From Schizochytrium sp. TIO01 (Eukaryota; Protista; Bigyra: Labyrinthulomycetes), in the NCBI GenBank assembly GCA_004764695.1, contig SMSO01000031.1, positions 4,502,436 to 4,566,435 on the forward strand: DNA of 64,000 bases, read 5' to 3'. The position numbers were made by a program, and so were the translations under genes. Below, one piece after another: positions 51,832 through 62,721 of the stretch (positions within the stretch are counted from its first letter, which is position 1; every line of letters begins with the position of its first letter). A model generated the notes under the pieces. The model had not been told where the DNA came from. It ran no database searches and saw only the letters and a program-made list of their open reading frames with translations.

Positions 51832-54800
51832 TCAGCGATCTGATGAGCTGTCGTTGTCAAGACCAGGGGATGTTGAACGATCAAATGCATTAGGGAGCGC
51901 CTGAACAGCAACCTCAAGATTAGGATCCGCGAAGGAAGGAGGCTCACAACCAACATTTACGCCACTAATGGAAGCAAGAGTATTTTGCACAAGTCGAGAG
52001 GCACTCTCAAGCTCGAAGCGAAGTCCTTGTGGAATTATCCATGAAGCGTTGTCCATCTTCTTTGACTCATCGAGGTCCTCCAGAACCCTTGCTTCATCCC
52101 ACACCTCTGCCAACTTTTGCACACTAGAAGAAAATGCATCAACGCGATCAGGCGATTCTCCAAGGCCACCTTCAGACAATGGCGGTGTAGAAGACTTGGC
52201 CTCCTCATTAAGGCCTTCCAGAGATTCGAGAAAAGATGCGTCATGCAAGGTGCTGATGCTAATCGCAAGCTCGGTAGCTTCATCCATGTTAACTGTATCA
52301 AAAATGTGCACGGTATCACCAACGAGATAATCCACGTGTTTGTGAAAGAGACTTCTTGCACGACGAACATCAGCAGCGGCTGGGTGGTCGTCCTGAAGGG
52401 GGCCAAAAACGGCGATGACAGGTTTTCCGCAGACTGCATGTGCAATTGCGCGAACCATGCTAGAATATGCGCGTGCATCTGCCGGGAAAACGTAAAATAA
52501 GACGGAAGATGCGAGCTCCAATGTAATTAAACGCTCGAGGAATTGTCCAACATTTTCGGCATCATCATGGCGTGCCCATGCAAGTGTCAGTTCAGAAGGC
52601 TTTGTTGCTAACCAGCTTACAATTACTTGAGAGGCAGCCTGTGCATCTCCGTCATTTTCAAGTGGGCAACCCACAAATACATCGTATCGATTTTTCAGCT
52701 TCTTGTAAGGTTCACGCTTATGACCAAAGGAGGCTAACGTGTAGAGCACAGGGTCACCGCGCTCATGCAAAATTGAGGTACCCTGACGTGCAAGGAGTAA
52801 GTACATTAGAGCTAAACGTGCCAGTACAGCTTCGGCAAAACCAGTACGACTGATATTGTCACCCCTAGCATCAACAATATGTTCATGTGGACGGGCAGCC
52901 AGAATAAAAAGGTCGGCATCGCTCTTCAGAGAAGCACTCACCGAGAAGAGAGTCTCAAGACCATCAGTCCTAGCTTCCAAGACAATAAGTCTTGGGACAT
53001 GTGTTTTTGCCAGGATATCAAAAATTCCATGGTCTTCTAGCCTTGCTTGTGGAAGACCAATCATATTCTGCCTGCGAAGAACCTTGGCAAGATCATTTGG
53101 CCACGCCAGGTAATCATTCTGTGCTGGCTCCCCGATGACTAAGAGGATGTTCCAATCGAGACCCATTAGCATTGCCTCAATCTCAGAAGTAGGCAATGCT
53201 GACGAAGATTCTGTTTGATAATCTTCGCCTTCGTGATCTAACTCCTCTGTTGGAGCTAGATGGGAAACAATCAGATTCAATGCACGGCTTGTCTCGTCTT
53301 TAATGGTAGAGAGATCCGTATCTACGTACTGCGCTCCAGCCAAAGAAGGTTGGTTGCTCCCGCCTGGTCCCCAAAGGCCAGCAAGTAGGCGCACAACGTG
53401 GTCGGAAGGCAAACATGTAAGAGTATGGGCAAACTTGCCCACTACTGGATCAAGAGCCGAAAGTTGATCTCGGGTAAACGCTTGACGAACTTGCGAACTT
53501 AGATGTGCAATCTCCTGGCGCACAATCAGACGCTCCAGACGGACGTTAGCTCTTGTGGTCGTTAAAGGACTGATTGTATCACTAATTTCTTCAGTGAGAT
53601 TGCCTTCATCGGGGTCGACAAAGACCATGTTGCTACCACTACCAATACTGTAAGGCTGGTAATCGATATAGTCCATGAGGAACTCATCAAGAAGGAGGTC
53701 GTCGCACTGAGGACGTTCTTCGCGCAGTGATAGGATACAGCGACGGACGAACTTTCGGAAACGTTCGGAGACAATATCCTGCTCCAGGTTGGGCGTCATA
53801 GAATAACTGGATGCGTAGTCACGCGCGGCCTCGAAGTTAGTAACGTGGGTAAGAGGCGCCTTGCCACTCGCGCAAGCCCACATACACATCCCAAACGACC
53901 AAATGTCACCTCGCAGGTCACGAGCATTGCCCAACAAAACCTCTGGGGCAATGAACCCATAATCAAGCTGTTCAGAACGCCAAATTTCTTCCATGCGAAC
54001 AGCAACAGAACTCGGCGACACTTGCAATCCTGAAAGGTGCACATTGCCAGAGCGATCTAGAATAATATTGCGGGGGCAGAGGGCACCATGTGTTTGTCCG
54101 AAACGATGAAGCCAACCAAGACCTTGTAAAATACCCCAAGCAACGCGCGCAAGAAAATGTTCATCTGCACATCCTCCACGATCGAGAATGTCTTGCAGTG
54201 ATATACCGTTGACATAATCTAGAAGAACCATGCCTTTATTAGCATGCATGTTGTCCAAGGAGTCTAGACTAGCTGCTTGGCGTTGGGCACGCCGGAAATT
54301 GTGAGGCATACAAAGTCCTGGGCAGCTTGAGAAACGAGTTCGGATCATTTCACAGTGACGAAGGATTTGCTCTGGCTTGTCTGTGGCAGTATCTGTCTCA
54401 CTCGTTGTAAGCAGGGACTCTACGCGCCACAGTCCGAGAGTAGGTAGATTTACAGCACATTTTTTGCGAAAGATAATAGTTTGACCGTCTAAGATACCAG
54501 AAAGATCCACATCCCTTGTCTCACCTTGGGTTGTCTCCTGAAGGACGCAGATGTTTACTTGGAGTTTAAGGATTTCCTTTCCATTCATGCGAGCAAGGCG
54601 ACGCAATCTGACGGCCTTTGACGTACAGATAGGTAGGTTTTGGGCATTGAGACCTGGCTGCGAGGAAAAGAAACGCAGAGGCTCAAAAGGTTGCCGTGTT
54701 GCGAGAATCAGACGTTTGATGTATTTGATAAGTTCATTGATATGAGGCCGCTGAGATGGGTCTTGTGCCCAAGATTGCGCAAGTAATGAACGGAACTCTG

Positions 54801-56955
54801 GAGGTACTGCAAGAAGCGGAGGGCGCACATTCTGGGTAATCTCGCGATGAAGGCGCTCGCCTTCGATAGAGTCAGTCTCTGAAGTTGCTGCAGAGCTCGC
54901 TACAGACATATTTGCGGCACGTTTCTCAGCCATGCGCATCTTAGACTTGCTAGTCATCGTATTAGTAATATCAGCAGCGTTAACACCGGCCAGCATTTCC
55001 CAAAGAACATGTGCAAAATGATAGACGTCAATAGGAAAACCATCAATTGCGTCATTTTCTCGGCGTCGAGAGACGTCTGTCGTTAATTCAGGAGCAAGAA
55101 GAATGGCGTGATTGTTGCCCACAGCAAAAGGTGATCCTTTGTACGCACGTCCTACACCTGTATCAAGAAGGCGTAAGTTTGGGGGCTGGGCTGAGTCCAT
55201 AAAAACAGTGTGCGCGTGTATGTTGTAGTGAGCGAGTTTGTTTTGGTGAAGATACATGAGAGCACTGCAGAGTTGAAAGGCAAAACGAAGTACAAAAGGA
55301 TATGGGATCTCCGAGGCAGTATTGAGAAGCTCTTGCAGTGTGAATTCGACAAAGGACGTTGCCACTACGAAGAGGTTTTCTTTGCGCTTGCTGATTCCCT
55401 TGATGGCAGTAATGTTTTCGTGCTGAAGCCAACGTAAGGTTGACGAGTATTCCTCAGCATAACGTGCTGTAGATGGCAAGTCACGTAGTTTAATAACGTG
55501 AAGTTCCACAAGCTGCTGGCGATAATATCCCATGCGGTTTCCTCGCTTAGAAAGAGAAGGGAGAAACTGAAGCTCTCGGAGATCGATATCTTGCGCGTTT
55601 TGCACTCCAGTCGGTGTACCAGCAGATTGTATTGAAGGTTTTGACTGCTGACCTTGTTGCGTTCTTGGGACTTTGGGGGGAGCGCTTGATTTAGGTTCGC
55701 CCGGTGGACTGTCTGAGAATGCCTCTGCTTGATCCCTGGTTTCTGGAAAGGTTGGGTTAAGAGGTCTTGCTAACAACCCCGAGTGTGTTTGAGCTGGCCG
55801 GTTCATATCTTCTTTATCTTCCTCCTTGTCTTCTTCCTCATGACCTTCGTTGTTTGTCTCTATATCGCCCTCAATCATTTCTTCATTGTCGTCTTCTTCA
55901 CTATCTTCCTCTTCCTCCTCTTCCTCTTCGTCATCGTCATAACCGGTGCTTCGTTGGTAACGTTCATGGCCACTAGATTCACCATCATCGTCATCATCAT
56001 CGTCCCACTCAGAGTTGTGAAGTCTTGAACCCTCAGGGATCTGCTCCAACGGCTGTCCCACAGATGATGCCGCCATAGCTGATTCCGGCACTTCGTAAGT
56101 ATTCGACGGTTTCGCTGTTGCTCCCACGCTCCCCACTGCCATTTCTGATAATCTATCTACTCCTGCAGCTGGTACCTGATTTTGTGGCGATCTTCTAGCA
56201 AACCCTCTCGAACGCGCTTGCTGAGACACTCTCTGAAGTACCTCAAAAGGAATTGCACTCTCTGGATCATCCTCGTCGTCGGTTCTTCCATGCGATTGCA
56301 TCGGAAATGGAACTCCAACTGGTTGCAGAGTTCTACTTCTTTGTTTAGGTTCTGGCGGTACCCAATTGGGATCTACCTCCTCATCATCTTCCTCGTCTTG
56401 AACATCATCATCTTCGTCAGAATCTTGATCAAACCTTACATTTCTGGTAGCCTTTCCAGCACCTCTGGTCATATTTCTGCGTTCATGCTCGCGTTCTTCA
56501 AGTTCGTCGTCGTCGTCCCATTCGTCCTCCACAAATAAAATTTGGGCATGTCCTGCGGTTGTACTTCTGTTGTTATAAGATGATCTTTGATTTGGATTTG
56601 TGTCTGATGGAGAAGAGTATGAAGAGGATCTGTCCGAGTCGTCTTCGAGTCTGAGCACGCGACCACTCTTGGGCTCCGCCACACGTCCTCTGCGGGAGAG
56701 CAAGGCCTCGTCGGCAGCACGGGGTCCTATGCGAAGGCCTGGAGTGTCCTCATCATGTCTTAGAAGTAATCTTTGCAGTCGCATCCTTCGCTCCTCACGC
56801 GAGGCGGCAAAGAGCCTCGCAGAGAAGCTGCCGCTGCCCGCATCTGAGCCAATGAGGCCGCTTGCCACCAGCGGATCTGTGCAACCGGGCACGCATCCAC
56901 CCGTACCGCCGCCGGAAGTGCCCCCAGGGGCCTCCCGCGACGCCTGCGTGCCCAT
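51832..56955 (-). CDS. Large protein: acidic disordered N-terminus, two degenerate protein-kinase domains, C-terminal alpha/beta (NDT/Raw-like) repeats
   Basis: Kinase-like domain 1 (~55590-54700): LQHENI, LMYLH, LAPE, DVYHFA..LWEML, DPSQRP. Kinase-like domain 2 (~54330-53680): LDYVNG.SL, LGWLH, FIAPE, DIWSFG. First ATG at 56955 (MGTQAS); the ORF-track start at 56994 is GTG. Confidence 0.85.
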   Translation of the reverse strand: MGTQASREAPGGTSGGGTGGCVPGCTDPLVASGLIGSDAGSGSFSARLFAASREERRMRLQRLLLRHDEDTPGLRIGPRAADEALLSRRGRVAEPKSGRVLRLEDDSDRSSSYSSPSDTNPNQRSSYNNRSTTAGHAQILFVEDEWDDDDELEEREHERRNMTRGAGKATRNVRFDQDSDEDDDVQDEEDDEEVDPNWVPPEPKQRSRTLQPVGVPFPMQSHGRTDDEDDPESAIPFEVLQRVSQQARSRGFARRSPQNQVPAAGVDRLSEMAVGSVGATAKPSNTYEVPESAMAASSVGQPLEQIPEGSRLHNSEWDDDDDDDGESSGHERYQRSTGYDDDEEEEEEEEDSEEDDNEEMIEGDIETNNEGHEEEDKEEDKEDMNRPAQTHSGLLARPLNPTFPETRDQAEAFSDSPPGEPKSSAPPKVPRTQQGQQSKPSIQSAGTPTGVQNAQDIDLRELQFLPSLSKRGNRMGYYRQQLVELHVIKLRDLPSTARYAEEYSSTLRWLQHENITAIKGISKRKENLFVVATSFVEFTLQELLNTASEIPYPFVLRFAFQLCSALMYLHQNKLAHYNIHAHTVFMDSAQPPNLRLLDTGVGRAYKGSPFAVGNNHAILLAPELTTDVSRRRENDAIDGFPIDVYHFAHVLWEMLAGVNAADITNTMTSKSKMRMAEKRAANMSVASSAATSETDSIEGERLHREITQNVRPPLLAVPPEFRSLLAQSWAQDPSQRPHINELIKYIKRLILATRQPFEPLRFFSSQPGLNAQNLPICTSKAVRLRRLARMNGKEILKLQVNICVLQETTQGETRDVDLSGILDGQTIIFRKKCAVNLPTLGLWRVESLLTTSETDTATDKPEQILRHCEMIRTRFSSCPGLCMPHNFRRAQRQAASLDSLDNMHANKGMVLLDYVNGISLQDILDRGGCADEHFLARVAWGILQGLGWLHRFGQTHGALCPRNIILDRSGNVHLSGLQVSPSSVAVRMEEIWRSEQLDYGFIAPEVLLGNARDLRGDIWSFGMCMWACASGKAPLTHVTNFEAARDYASSYSMTPNLEQDIVSERFRKFVRRCILSLREERPQCDDLLLDEFLMDYIDYQPYSIGSGSNMVFVDPDEGNLTEEISDTISPLTTTRANVRLERLIVRQEIAHLSSQVRQAFTRDQLSALDPVVGKFAHTLTCLPSDHVVRLLAGLWGPGGSNQPSLAGAQYVDTDLSTIKDETSRALNLIVSHLAPTEELDHEGEDYQTESSSALPTSEIEAMLMGLDWNILLVIGEPAQNDYLAWPNDLAKVLRRQNMIGLPQARLEDHGIFDILAKTHVPRLIVLEARTDGLETLFSVSASLKSDADLFILAARPHEHIVDARGDNISRTGFAEAVLARLALMYLLLARQGTSILHERGDPVLYTLASFGHKREPYKKLKNRYDVFVGCPLENDGDAQAASQVIVSWLATKPSELTLAWARHDDAENVGQFLERLITLELASSVLFYVFPADARAYSSMVRAIAHAVCGKPVIAVFGPLQDDHPAAADVRRARSLFHKHVDYLVGDTVHIFDTVNMDEATELAISISTLHDASFLESLEGLNEEAKSSTPPLSEGGLGESPDRVDAFSSSVQKLAEVWDEARVLEDLDESKKMDNASWIIPQGLRFELESASRLVQNTLASISGVNVGCEPPSFADPNLEVAVQALPNAFDRSTSPGLDNDSSSDR

Positions 56956-59409
56956 CGCGAGCGGTCTCTGCCTGCGTGTTCCAGGTCTAGGCACAATGCC
57001 CCTTTCCTAAGTCCTTTTCCCCAAGTCAATCTCATCAACAATATCGAAAAACATGTCAATCGAAGATTTGTAACAAAAATAGTGATAAATAAACTCACTA
57101 TTGAGTCTAGTCACGAAGTTAATAAACGAAAAGAGTGATCTCTTAAAGAGATTCAACAGAACACTTGCAGTTTCCTTCATCTTTCGCTCATCTTTCATGC
57201 AAACGTGCAGTTGTAGCACTTCGAAGACCCAGGAAAATGGCCCCGTGGGCTGATGAGTCTTTCATGAGCCCTTGGTGGTTTTGCAAAATGTTCCTAATTC
57301 TTAATTTTTACTAGTTCGCGTCTTCCTCTCAATGGGTTGCCATATCACGTAGGAAGCTAGGGGGTATCTATGTCAATATCTAATAGGTACGTATTAGTAG
57401 GTATCTACTTGTCTAGGCGCGAGTATTTTCCCATCAACTCTTTTGTTTCTTTAAGAAAAAAGGAAACCTGAAAGAATATGCAAAAATTACTGAAATTGTA
57501 ACATTTCTGAGTTCTCGATCACAATATACCGCGTCATTGCATATTGGGATGCAACAGCCGTAGTCGCATGGATTCTAGTGCAGATGGAATTTTACGCATT
57601 TTCGGAAGTACAACTGTCAGGGCTTTCTAGTTCAAGCTGCGGCTTCAGACTCAATTCACGTGTTTTACATGTTTCTTTTCATGGCACAGTTCAATTATAT
57701 ATGGGAAACGACGTAAGACTTGTATGTTGGCGCTGCTAGATGGCATGGTCAGCTTGATATCAGGGTTGACGCCTCGAATAAGCCACGCTTTTCAGTGTAT
57801 CCTTATTTCGAAAACATTCCATTCTGAAGTGATTGCGCTCTCTTAATAGCTCCCATTGAGTCCGATTGAAAATCATTCTTTCTCTCTCACAGGCGGGTGG
57901 GAAAGAGAGAATTGTAATAATCTACAAAGACCGATCAACACTCCAAACTAAAATGAAAAGTGAACAACTCCGAAGGTGAACGATAGAAGAGAGCATCAAT
58001 GGACAAGATTTCGGTTCTCATTACATTAGGATTATTCCCTCAGGATCAAGACTATGCTTTATAATCAACAATCGAAACATACAAATATGATACTGTGAAA
58101 GATGATTCAATATTAAAAAACAGTGACCACTTTAAAGGAAACGAATCCCAATACTATCTTTATGTTAATTGAAACGGTCTTCAAGACATTTAATGGAGAT
58201 TGTATGTATGGTCATTCACTCACTTTTGTGCTGTGTTAGTATTTGTTAAAACATAATCGTTTCATAAATCATACTAGTCATCGTTTGTATGATAGGTTCT
58301 CCCCCTTCTCACCAGATAACGTGCAAGTTGACTTCTGTCTCCCCCTTTTATTAGAAGCGTTCGGTCAATACTAAATATAAGTCATGTGTATACATATTGA
58401 AATGAAAGCCAGGCCCGCCAACCAACATCGCTTTGATTTGCCTAACAGATTTAGATTTACGATTGTTAGCTGTATTGAACCTCTAGTTTGTTCACTTGAC
58501 CTGACAAGATTCAACATAAGGAAAATATGCTTCCCCTTCAGCATAGAGAGGGTTACACAGCTTTTCACCCCAAGCCAAACCACAAGAGAGTATACTATGC
58601 TATGTCAGTCTTCCTTCTCAGTGTAGATAGAAAGAATCTAGCATACTGAGATTTGAACTCCAAGCAGGAAACGAGCTATTAAGCGTATCATTAGTCAGTG
58701 AGAATGGAGAATAGGGGAATAAGGGAACAGAATGAATTTATGAGTTAATGAATAAATATATGATTTGGTGTGGTATCTATCCCCTCCTAATATTATTTGA
58801 GGCGACAACAATCTTTGAGATAAATTTACTGTGATAATTTACAAAATTTCATCGTAGCCATGTCCTTGTCTTGCCTTTAGTCAGACAAAGTTGCATCTGA
58901 CTATGCACCGGAGACATAGGCTTTTATAAACCAAAATTAAAGATTAGATTAGAAACATCATAAAATGCCACGAGACTATCTGCCAGGGGTTTGCCAATTT
59001 AATATTTCAAGTTTTCATATAATCGTAGTGAATGCAGATCGCTGTAATAGATTGGATTAAGATATCTTTTAAAGTAGGTGCTGCAAAGCGAGAGTATGAA
59101 TTCGTTTTTTATTACAGAATTTATGCGTCGAAATTCCTGGTGGGCTAATTCTGTAATGTATTCCAATTCTTATCCTATTCATTCAATGTTTCCTTTTTTT
59201 TAGAAAGAAAGAAAGAAAGAAAGAAAAACAGTAAAAAGAGAGTGAAGAGTTCGGGACGGGAGCTTGCAGTGCAAGTTTGCAACGTACTATTTCAATTTCA
59301 TCTTGTGGGTCTACAAAAATGAATTTGGGCAAATTCTATCAGATGTTTTCACTGGCATGCCCGGTCCAAAGATGGTGCTCAGCAGTTAGCAGGTACCTTT
59401 CTAGCATGT

Positions 59410-59451
59410 CTATATATCTATATCTATATATATATATATATATATATATAT
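59410..59451. repeat. (TA)n microsatellite; (AGAA)n also at ~59202-59226
   Basis: Directly visible. Confidence 0.9.
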
Positions 59452-61028
59452 CGAAACTGGGAGACTAAACATTTAATTAAAAATACAACGTATATAAACA
59501 AGTGTATTTTTATGACAATTTGCATTGCATCCCAAGCTAGATCTTTTTCAGAGCAGCGGGCGGGGATTTTTTTCGATCTGAACATGATCAGCAATCTCAA
59601 AACTCGAACCATAAGAAAATAAGTATCTAGAGATTATTACACCTAAGTTAAACACAAGGCGGAATCCTCCATTCTCTTGGAGAGCACAAAATACAATCAT
59701 TGCTTTACATCGAAGGTTAGAGGCCAAAATTTTATTGATCTATTATCAAAGGTCGAAGTGTTTGATACATTATATCTGGCAGTAGTCAAGTGTTAGTTGT
59801 CCACCCCTGCAGTGTGTGCTTAGCGTCCTTCTTAAGCTTCTGGCTACCCCAACGACAACAATAACTACTATGTACAACAGCGGTAATAGCTCAAAAGGTA
59901 GCTATTGCCACCACCAGCGTAGCCAACCCATATATTAGTCCGGCACGTACCAAAAAAAGGATGACAGTTATATGTATCCAGAGCGAAAATGATATAAAAA
60001 CGAGGTACACAACAATGAATTCACCTTGATTCCCATGCTCCCAACAATATGTCCATATTATTATTCTGATTTGTCCTCCAGCGAGCGCACTTCGCGCAGT
60101 CGTTGGCAACGGCACGTGATATAGGGTCCGGTATCTGGACCTACTGTTAATCCGTTACGACAGCGGTGTGGTACACACCGTCGCAGCAGAAGTTGACGTT
60201 CCCGCGGCGCACGGAGCGTTTAAAGGAGTTGAAGGTGGAAAAGGAAAAAAGTCATGAGTATGAACACCGTAAGAAGAAGCTAAGCTCAGTAAGGGGCGAG
60301 ACAAGATCCTGACAGGTGTGCACCTGAGTGTGTACTGAGAAAGTTAATTCAAGACGAAGTGAGAGAAGAAAAGAAGAAAGTACGAGTTGAAATAAAAAAG
60401 AACCTCTACTTACATAAAGGGTCCAAATATGGATAGTAGGGCAATGCGGTTGATTTAAGCAAAGCGAGCAAAACTTTGTCAAGAAGCCATCGTGACGCAG
60501 GCAGGCGACAGAAGGTGCCTGCGTTGCTGCTGGCGTGCAGGCCAGCGGAATAACGGGACATACGCAGGATTGGAGCACCTCGAAGTCGGTGCACATTGGA
60601 GGCGCGAAATTAAAGTTGCGTCTGGTGCTTTGAACTCCCGACGATCTTGTAGGTAGACCTCATCTCTTTCTGGCACCAAGAGTTTAAGCTGAAGGTTTTG
60701 TGTGCAGCCAGAGTAGAACGATACGATTGGTTGGCGACTAAGTGAATACAAACGACTACGATAAAGGAAACCACGAGTAGAAATTTTTCGACCACGAATT
60801 GGATTCAGAAATATAGATAGGACAAGCTCGAGAGACGAGAGAACATTACAATCACTATTTTATTCAGCAAGGAGAGAACAACGACTAATTCATTACAGTC
60901 GATTGAGCTGCAGGATTGGCAGGTACCAAGTGGCGGCCATCGTGCCTGCTCGCCGTGCGAAATTACGGTGCATCTTATTTACTGTGTCAATTTTTCTTTC
61001 AGTTCATACTAAGAATTAGACAAAAATA

Positions 61029-62141
61029 ATGAAGGCATTAGCGCGCGCCGTTCTAGCAGCGCTCACAGTGTTTATTTCGCTACCTGGCGCAAGCGTTGTA
61101 CATGCCGCTAACACACAGCCCAAGGCACACCACCTTGTGTATCGCGTTGCACCGGGCAGCGCAGTTGAAATCCAGCTCGTCGGATATGATATCGACGGCG
61201 ATAAACTTCAGGCGACTATTACCGCCTTGCCATCAGCCGGCACCTTGCACGATCTTACAAAAATCTATGCACAGCACGGCCATAACCCCAAGTTCTCAGA
61301 GAGTTCCCGCATCACCTCGGCTGGACACGCTGTACCTACACGGTCAAAGCTCCGGGTGATGTACCAAGCTCCGCAAGCAGCTTTGAAACCAGGTAAGCTT
61401 GCAACATTTAGCTATACAGTGTCAGACGGCAAAGCCGCGAGCGCCCGAGGGCATGTAATAATCATCGCTGACACTGGTAGCTCAGATAATATCTTGTCAG
61501 CCAGTGAATTTCGAGATGGCGCTGACGGATGGGTAATCAAGAACAATGGCAGGGCTGCTCAGCAGGCTCCTGTTCACGAGCGCTCCAGTTATCGACTTTT
61601 AAATCACTTCATCTATGCCGTTGATGAACTACTTGACATCGATCGCAGCGGCATCGACCGCAAACAATGGACTTTCTCAGCACCCAGTAAGTTCTTGGGC
61701 TTTCAAGCATGGGCATACAAAGGAACCCTCTCATTTACTCTTGGAGCATTTTCCGGAGACTTTAGCGGGACAAAGAACCCGGACGCAAACTTTGTAGTCC
61801 TAGAGTGCCGTACGTGTTCGCGAGGTGCAGGTATGCGATTTGCATACAAGCTTTCTGATATCTCGTTTACGGGAGCACCACAACGTTTCCGCTTAACGCT
61901 GTCAGAAAAAGGAGGTTGGCTCAAGCTGCCAACAAATTCTCTTCTTTCGGCTACTGTGCCATCTCAGTGTGAGTTTGTGGAAATGCTCGACAATCTCTCA
62001 GCAATCAATATTCTAGGTGACCACACATTGTGGTATGAAACCGTGGGTCTTGACGACGTCTACCTTACGGCTACCTCCACAGGTAGGTCTAACACCTTGC
62101 CCGAAAAGTGCTTATGCAGTGTTGTTGGGACCCAGTGCTAA
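61029..62141 (+). CDS. Secreted protein with a bacterial-Ig/cadherin-like repeat and a laminin IV (laminin B)-like domain
   Basis: Signal peptide; GYDIDGDKL...TFSYTVSDG; F..GADGW...WTFSAPSKFLG...AYKGTLSFTL...EFVEMLDNLSAINILG...GLDDVYL. Confidence 0.7.
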   Translation: MKALARAVLAALTVFISLPGASVVHAANTQPKAHHLVYRVAPGSAVEIQLVGYDIDGDKLQATITALPSAGTLHDLTKIYAQHGHNPKFSESSRITSAGHAVPTRSKLRVMYQAPQAALKPGKLATFSYTVSDGKAASARGHVIIIADTGSSDNILSASEFRDGADGWVIKNNGRAAQQAPVHERSSYRLLNHFIYAVDELLDIDRSGIDRKQWTFSAPSKFLGFQAWAYKGTLSFTLGAFSGDFSGTKNPDANFVVLECRTCSRGAGMRFAYKLSDISFTGAPQRFRLTLSEKGGWLKLPTNSLLSATVPSQCEFVEMLDNLSAINILGDHTLWYETVGLDDVYLTATSTGRSNTLPEKCLCSVVGTQC

Positions 62142-62721
62142 AGCGCGCTTTTCAGTCCATATCTTTTTGAAAAAGATGATGATGATCTTGCTGTGTTCCT
62201 GTTCCCTCTTCCTCTTTTTCCCTGACGATGATTCGTACGTTATCAAATTTAGAATTATATTTGTGTGTGTTCATATTCGTTCTTATAGTTCAAATTTGCA
62301 AGTGAGAACACTGCAATATTTTTTTATTTTGCATTTTGCAATGTATCAGCGTGAATGAAGATTCCATGTATCCTGACGAGGATCTTGGCAAGAGATATTA
62401 TGATTTTGCTTTATAAAGATCAGATTTGAGTTATATATAACATTGGCGTTTAAACGGTAGTATTTGGACAAACGTCCACTTGATTTGGGCTCATCATGTG
62501 TTTGTGTATGGCTTGAGCGAAAATAAAACACAGAAGCATCCAGTTTTGAATACCTCAATTGGGCCTACTTGAATCTTGGCAAATAGGCCCATAATAAAAA
62601 ATACATTCTTGATCCTCTGTTCACACACTGCTTACCAGAAAAAAATGATCATAGGGGAGTGATCAAAAGTCTGGATAGACGATCCTTTTCCTCCTTTTTT
62701 TCTTTCCTCTTACTATTTTTT

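Noticed and set aside
57250-57290. CTGATGAG hammerhead-ribozyme core-like motif
   Set aside because: No stem II followed by GAAA and no compatible flanking stems.
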